Assembly: GCA_951406725.2 (NCBI GenBank) | Contig: OX597833.1 | Location: 25,544,001 to 25,608,000, forward strand | Length of the DNA: 64,000 nucleotides | Direction: 5' to 3' | From: Octopus vulgaris | Taxonomy: Eukaryota | In this document: in pieces, positions 57,115 to 64,000 of the stretch | Position numbering within the stretch: position 1 is the first letter of the stretch | Layout of the letters: every line of letters starts with the position of its first letter | Notes under the pieces: model-generated | Database searches by the model: none | Told to the model about the DNA's origin: nothing | The model's input: only the letters and a program-made list of their open reading frames with translations | Made by a program: the position numbers and the translations under genes

Positions 57115-57395
57115 ATTGTTGTTGTATAGAGCGTCAGGTTCACAATTATGGTGTAGTGAGTTCGATTCTCGGAACGGGCTGTGTGTTTGTGTTATTAAGC
57201 TATACCGGCAAAACGCCTCACCAAGCTGTATCGGCCGTTACTTTTCCCTTGGATAACATCGGTGACTAGGAGAGGTGAAGCTGGTATGCATGGGCAACTG
57301 CTAGTCTTCCATAAACAACCTTGCCTGGACTTGTGCCTTCGAGGGAAACTTTTTTTGTGCAAACCTGTGGTCATTCATGACCGAAGGGGATCTTT
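57115..57395 (+). mobile_element. SINE family D
   Basis: gagttcgattctc...ccaagctgtatcggcc...cccttggataacatcgg...cattcatgaccgaagggg. Confidence 0.8.
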
Positions 57396-58199
57396 ACTAA
57401 TTCTCTTGTTAGAGTTATTGCAAATATAAACAGTATAGGCAGCCTTTCCTAGGCAGCTTTGTTGGAATGGTAAGTCGTATCACACACAGGTTTTCAGCTT
57501 AGCAATGAGACCCGATTCGCATATCAACCCTCGTTGTTGTACAAAATCTCCATTTCAGTAAGGACTCAGGCACACTATCATGCACTGACGAACCGTAAAA
57601 GATAAAGAATGACCACATGAAAATACGCGCCCCTCACTACTGTCCCGTCTGTTTCTGTATTGCATAGATGCTTGTGGAGGGCATAGTTGAGATGGACAAG
57701 ATTAATTCGGTCAGAGCATGTATTGTGTTTCCTCTAGACATGCTGTTAGCGAAATATTTGTACAATGATTGACCCAGTAAGCCTACTGACATTGCTTTTT
57801 CTATGTACTTTATGCTTGCTTTAGCTCATTGGCGAAGCAGTGCTTTTCAGTTGATTTTCATGTAGTTGCAGGAACTGTTGGGGTTGAATCGTGCTGTGAC
57901 AAGGCTTGTATTTTCATATTTCCGTTTCGTATTTTATACTGTTTCCATTTGATCTGTGTTTAATGTACTATGCTAAGTGATGCACTGTCCAGGTTCGTTA
58001 ACATTCTACTGTTGTTTGATTGGGATGCGATGAGTGCCGACTTGGACCTGCTAATAGTACATAATGTAGCTAATGAATTGTTTCTTACTTTCAGCGAAAA
58101 GTGGTACACTTGACATTAATCAGTTCATAGACACTTCATTTCTAACTCACCTCATTAGATAGGCTACTTATGTAAAAGATAAGGAAATTGAGAGATTTT

Positions 58200-59960
58200 T
58201 ATAGTGTGTTTACAGAATGCCGATATGTTCAAATGATATTACATCATCTAAGATATTGAGGATTATACTAACTTCCAGATCCAAAAGAATTTCGTGGTAT
58301 TTGCACAAATGGTTGTAGATTTTGGTTGCCGCATGCTTCTGGTGGGCTCTAGTTGTTTTAGTTGTATATCTAAATGTAACTATAGCCTTGACGCTCTTTT
58401 TCTTCGAATTTTCGCTTTCTTTTGGATTATTTGATGGTGAGTAGGGTTCAAAATCACTGTGTACGTAATTTTCGATTTTTTTTTTGTGTGGTTTTAAGAG
58501 GTAGATATTTAAAAACAAAAAGAACACTGATAAGAGCGTTTGTTTGATGATGAAATGTGGGTGTATTGTTTGATGTTGTGACACACAGTGTGGCGCAGCC
58601 GTTGTTGTTGTTGTTGATGTTGATGACGATAATTATTCTCTCTATATTTTGCTGATACTTTCACGGTCTTTGTAGGGTACACATGTTTACCAGTTTTCTA
58701 TTTTCAGTAGTATATTTATTATATTTTCTGTTCGTTTTTCTGTTTTAGTTATTTCCTTGCTTAGATATTTGATGCTGAGATTTATTTCGATTGAGTTTGG
58801 CTTTGGTGGATTGCTTCTGAAGTTGTCTCTGATTTTTTATGAAGTTGACTATTTCTGGTGCGTAATTAAGATTGTATTTTTATGTTGCCTTGTGATATAA
58901 CTTCTTTTTATGCGTCTATGATTATTTTTATGTACTACAGTTTCTTTGATGGCGATTCTGTTGTTATCGAGCCTCGATTCTGTTTTCTACTGGATTTCCT
59001 TCTATTGTGATATATTTTTCTGAAATTTGTGTTTTTACGTTCTTCATTGATGTGCGAGTATGTTGTAATAATTAGTAAGTGGTCCAAAGAAAATTGGTGA
59101 ATTGTTAACCAAGTGTTTGCGTCAGGTAGAAGTGAGGATTAGAGTGTGACGTCCATGAAAGGGTTGTACAACTTATTTTTATGTATGGTGCGTGGGTGCT
59201 GGAGTAGATTGCTTAGGCTGTATTGGAAATTTACACGTGATGTTATGTTACCTCATTTTTTATCTTAACTATTTGGAAATCCTGTATAGTATTGATTGAT
59301 ATAAGTCTACACCAACGGTCAATGTTTCTGATTTTTAAAGTTTTGAAATTGGTGAACGTAACCTGAGGTGGAGGATCACAATATTTGCGCGCGCGCGTGT
59401 ATGTGAGAGAGAGAAAGAGAGAGGGAAGGAGAGAGAAGAGTGAATGTGTTTCACAATTTTGGTTTTAGTACGTCTTTAGTATATTAGTGACTTTGTTTGT
59501 TTACAAATGCCGGTAATGATATCGGTAAATACTAAATGCAATATTTTATACATGGTATCAGATCATTGTCATGAAATCATCAGTCTTGTATAATTTGTAT
59601 ATAATTTAGTATATATTTAGTATAATTTGGTTGTTTTGTGAACTGGTAGAAAGAATATCTCCTGAGCAATTGATATATGGCTCGTCCATGATGACAAAAT
59701 CTTCTTGATCGGTAAAGGTCTTTCTAAATCACATAGTGTTATATATTTGACAAGTTTTAAAACTTTCTGGGCTGTATTCACAAAATGTAATTCCGTTTAA
59801 ATATATATCTTCTATATTAATTCTTACTTGTTATATGTACTTCTACTGAAGAGATCTTAAGATGTTTGGAAGGGAGATAACAACTTTACAGCTTGTATAA
59901 AAGGCGTTGTTGCAGTAACTGCAATATATTTGTCGTAAACATATCGTTTTCATAATAAGT
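58200..59960 (-). mobile_element. Highly decayed Penelope-like element (RT to GIY-YIG remnants)
   Basis: Ordered relics on the minus strand: TFTDQEDFVIMDEP (Q..G..MG.P region, ~59700), a YxDD-like relic (~59525), PYKDRES (~58670) and KIYNHLCKYHEI (~58310). All are heavily disrupted. Confidence 0.45.
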
Positions 59961-60039
59961 TGTAAATGTTGCTTAATGACATGTGTATGAGCATATTTGT
60001 ATGACTATATTCTATCATATATAGTCGGGAGGGAAATTG

Positions 60040-60190
60040 TTATTGAGCAAGACACTTTATTTTACGTTGCTCCAGTTCACTCAGCTGTAGAAATGAGTTG
60101 CATTGTCACTGGTTCCAAGCAGTCTCTTGAATAATATCGGTGGCATGGAGAGGGGGTTGTTGGTATGCACGGTCAACAGTGTGGTGCTTA
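60040..60190 (+). mobile_element. SINE family D fragment
   Basis: ttgagcaagacactttattttacgttgctccagttcactcagctgtagaaatgagttgc. Confidence 0.8.
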
Positions 60191-60279
60191 CATTCGGTTG
60201 GCCTCCCAATGCAATATTTTATCAACACAACTGTGCTTTCGTTTCTGCTCTTGTTCTGCTAGATTGCTCGTATATTCAC

Positions 60280-60500
60280 TTAAGAGATGGTTAATGCTTT
60301 CGTCTCTTTCTCCTTAGATTTTGGATTTGCTCTCTGCCTGTCTTGTCAATATTTTCTTTCATCAAGTTCGTTCCAATGGCTTGTTTCTGAGAGGCAATAA
60401 TTAGTGATACAGTCTTCTCGTTTCAGACTTTCAGCTCTCAGCCACATCCAGCCTTCTTTACTTCCAACATGTTCGAGCTGTTGCAAAAACTGAATATTTA
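60280..60500 (-). mobile_element. R4/Dong-like fragment (pre-zinc-knuckle region)
   Basis: Minus strand reads EGWMWLRAESLKRE.TVSLIIASQKQAIGTNLMKENIDKT...GERDESINHL. Confidence 0.7.
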
Positions 60501-61369
60501 ATTTTTTCTGTTTCTAGTAATTTGTCTTGTCATTCTTCTTTTTGTTCTAAATTTTCAGTCAATTTCAATAACTTTCTGGATTGGCCGAACCTTTAGCAGG
60601 CCAGACAATGGTATTTCGTCCAGCTTTACGTTCTGTGTTCAAAGTCTGTCCACACAAGTGCTTGTGTCTCATGTAATGGACTTCATCTCCTCCTCAAAAG
60701 TGTATTGCGGCATTTTGTCCGACTCTTTAATCTGAGTTAAAATTCCATCATACTCGATGCATTCTTTCTTCCTTCCAATTTTCTACTTCATGCTTATCTT
60801 GATCTATACAGCTGGGAAGACATACCTACGTATGCATCTACCTGGCTCTGTGTGAACAGCATTATACATCTATGTGTTAATTTGTTCCAACGATAAAGCT
60901 TGTTAGTAATCTTTATTAGAATCTTGACTTATTTCACACCGAAATTATGGAAATGACGCAAAGAAAAGAAAACATGAAAAAGAAGAAAAAACATGAATGA
61001 CGCGAAATTTGTCAATTCTTGAAGAGATTCCAGCTGATGCTTGTTGAAGTAAAATAGATCAAATATTGACGGCTATTAACTCCGGAGAACGTTGATACGT
61101 AATCAGCTCTTAAAATGCTAATCGAAAAATAAAAAGGAGCTCATAAAATCAATAATAAATTCAACCAATAATGCTATTCTCTTTGTCTTGAATTATCATT
61201 AAAGATTTCAGGGAAAAATTTCCAGGTGAGAGCTTTAATGACAAATTTGAGCGAAAACGGGTCGTCATATGGAAGGCAGGTTGAATCTCATGTATGTGTT
61301 GAATAATAATACAAGTAATACTGAAGCTGCTGATGCTGCTGCTGATGATTATAATCTTTTATCCTAGAG

Positions 61370-61541
61370 ACATAAGGCCTGGAATTTTGCGAGAGGGGAA
61401 TAGTCGATTATATCGACCACAGTATTTGACTGATACTTAAATTATTTACCCCGAAATTCTCTGCGGAATTTGAACTCAGACGGACGGAATGGCGTTAAGC
61501 ATTTTTTCGGCGTGCTAACGATTCTGCCAGCTCAACGCCTT
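61370..61541 (-). mobile_element. SINE family B
   Basis: tcgattatatcgaccacagt...ggaatttgaactcaga..taagcattttttcggcgtgctaacgattctgccagctcaacgcctt. Confidence 0.85.
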
Positions 61542-61550
61542 AATAATATT

Positions 61551-61637
<87 letters not shown>

Positions 61638-61639
61638 AA

Positions 61640-61718
<79 letters not shown>

Positions 61719-61730
61719 GGTGGTGGTGGT

Positions 61731-61860
61731 AGTGTTGAGAAGTACAGTCTGGAAAAGGACATTGAAATAGTACGAGGATAAAACAGAACGTGTCACCGCG
61801 AAGAACGGATATGAGATGTTGGATCTTACGATGCTGTGTGATTCAATGATTGATACCATT
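61731..61860 (+). mobile_element. R4/Dong-like fragment after a (TAA)(TAG)(TGG) tract
   Basis: EKYSLEKD..YEDKTERVTAKNGYEMLDLTMLCDSMID resembles the WYEHKPE.V.EN...LWDF.IQCD..I region. Confidence 0.55.
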
Positions 61861-61943
61861 GGAACTCTTGACAACAGGTTGTTGTCCTCTCTCACAGAAT
61901 CAACCGGAGCAAGTGAAATCGAGTGCTCTGAAAAGTGAAAAGA

Positions 61944-62063
<120 letters not shown>

Positions 62064-63235
62064 CTTTCTATTATTTTTGATAAAAGTAATGATGCAGTAC
62101 ATTACAAACACGAATTAACATATAATGATTTTTGAAAAATGCGTATACATGAAATATGAAACAAAATAAAGAGGGTAACATTGTAATGCCCATAATCGAA
62201 AGCCAATAAATCCCAAATTACACTATCACAACTATGGTGTTTGACCTTCAGCTGTAGAATTAGAGTAGATTCACAGCAACGCCAAGCTTGTAACTCATCC
62301 ACATTTCCGCAAATTTACTAAAACCTAACACTTTATTTCTGAAACTAACTTTTCAATTGAAACGTTAAGCCGTTGATGAAAATTTGGTGAGGAATATTGA
62401 TTTATAACATTAAGATTACAAGTATTCCTAGGATAAAGGTTAGTTTCTTTAATTATCACCAATACTTGATTGGTATTTGTCATAGGATCTCGGGGAAAAC
62501 AAAGGCAGCCTTAAAGTGGATGGGAACATCAAAAGTTGTCATATAATGCAACAAAGCATTTTGTCGATCGTTCTGATAATTCTATCATCTCAACCCCCAA
62601 TAATAATAATTTCTTGTAAATTATGGGTAAAGGGACTCATCAATCATATTGAACACATTATCTGACAGATAATTGTTTTTTATATTATTTTATTGAGCTC
62701 ACTGTGCTGTAACTTAAGGAGACAGGAGGAGATTTCAAATTTAATCAGCGAATCTGTCAGATCATCATCCTTGTAATTGATGGATTTGTCAAAGATGAAC
62801 GACTATTAGCAGTTGATTAATCCAGAAAAAATGTAAAGTCTATTCAAGATTTCCCTGACAAAATGTAAAGTCTATTCAAGATTTCAGGTGTACTTTTTTT
62901 TCAAATTCACTATACCGGAGAAAAGACAGAAGCAATGAATGTATCATGGTATTACAGACCTGTATCTCTTACTTTTTGCTGTTGTTTGTTCATTCTGTGA
63001 TTTCAGTTACGATCAATGAAGATATTGATGGGTGAATGCTCTCTGTGAGATATCTATCGTCGAAACAATTAAACATTCAAATAGTAACGCTGTACTATTG
63101 GCGATTCCCTCTTACTACATTTATAAAAATACATACAGTCTATGCTTCACTGGCGATGTCATGACATTGTCGGAACATGTCTAGAGTTGTCTTCAGTACT
63201 TGCAGAAATAATTCAAAGAATATTACTCATTAACT

Positions 63236-63445
63236 AAGGCAGTCAGAAAGCAGAATCTTTAGTCCATCGGGTAAAATGCTTAGAGGCATTTCGTCCGCAT
63301 TTTGCGTTCAAATACGGCCTATATTGACTTTGCTTTTCATAATTTTGGGGTCGAGGAAATAAGTACCAGTTGAGTATTCGGATCGATCTAATCGATTTAC
63401 CCGGTCACCCGAAATTTCTGGCATTGGTCAGAATTTGAAACCAAT
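63236..63445 (+). mobile_element. SINE family B
   Basis: taaggcagtcagaaagcagaatc...ttgactttgcttttcataattttggggtcgaggaaataagtaccagttg...tcgatctaatcga. Confidence 0.8.
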
Positions 63446-64000
63446 ATTACTCACTAGCTAATATTGCTTATTTTATCAGAGCAGTAAATTTTAACGGATG
63501 GAAATAGCTGGTTCTCTTGAGTTTGTTCAGCATTCAATAACTTCACTCCACAGAAACTTAACATCTTACCATTAACCGTTACGACGACTCTCACAGAATT
63601 CCTATCTCCGTCTCAGATATTGTTCTTCTTCTGTTTTTTAATCTTCGTCTCTTCGTCTTCGAGAATCGAAGTTTTTTAATGTTGCACCTGAGATGATTGC
63701 ATATATAAAATTCGATATAAAATTCGGTTATCTAAAGTGTGCTCATCACTGTTTTACCACCGATTGCATTGTTCATATTTATATCAATCTTAGCCGTTAA
63801 CTCTTCTGTAGAACACGCTTGTTACCTTAGGAAAGAGGTGGATCTACTGGTAATGGTGATTATCGATCGGAGGGAATTTCTAAACAGTGTTGGTTATGTT
63901 TTGGTAGTTAAACGTCAACGCTCTTATCGACGAGATATTACTTCTCTTTCCTATAAATACTTGTTGTTCTACCAAGTGTTCTTATATAATTATTCTTAAT

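Noticed and set aside
57585-57635. CTGACGA...GAAA near the decayed PLE
   Set aside because: On the opposite strand to the element and lacks stems.
62828-62885. 26-bp direct repeat aaaatgtaaagtctattcaagatttc
   Set aside because: Simple local slippage duplication with no further structure.

Overview
AT-rich, microsatellite-saturated eukaryotic non-coding DNA. The SINE and LINE content resembles that of an Octopus (cephalopod) genome, which is an inference. I can support no host protein-coding gene, and almost all listed ORFs are translations of simple repeats. The window is a mosaic of four kinds of element. (i) At least four tRNA-derived SINE families. (ii) Many 3' fragments and one RT-bearing copy of restriction-like-endonuclease non-LTR retrotransposons (R4/Dong-like), nearly all sitting in (TAA)n tracts, plus a discrete ~550-bp non-coding element with the same target. 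(iii) Decayed mariner transposons and several fold-back/MITE elements. (iv) Penelope-like element remnants. The most notable feature is a near-identical head-to-tail array of a 532/533-bp monomer (53371-54575, about 2.26 units, between (TA)n tracts). Each full monomer carries an intact type I hammerhead ribozyme on the minus strand, which makes it a retrozyme-like, circular-RNA-derived insertion. A second, decayed hammerhead from a different family lies at 7827-7915.
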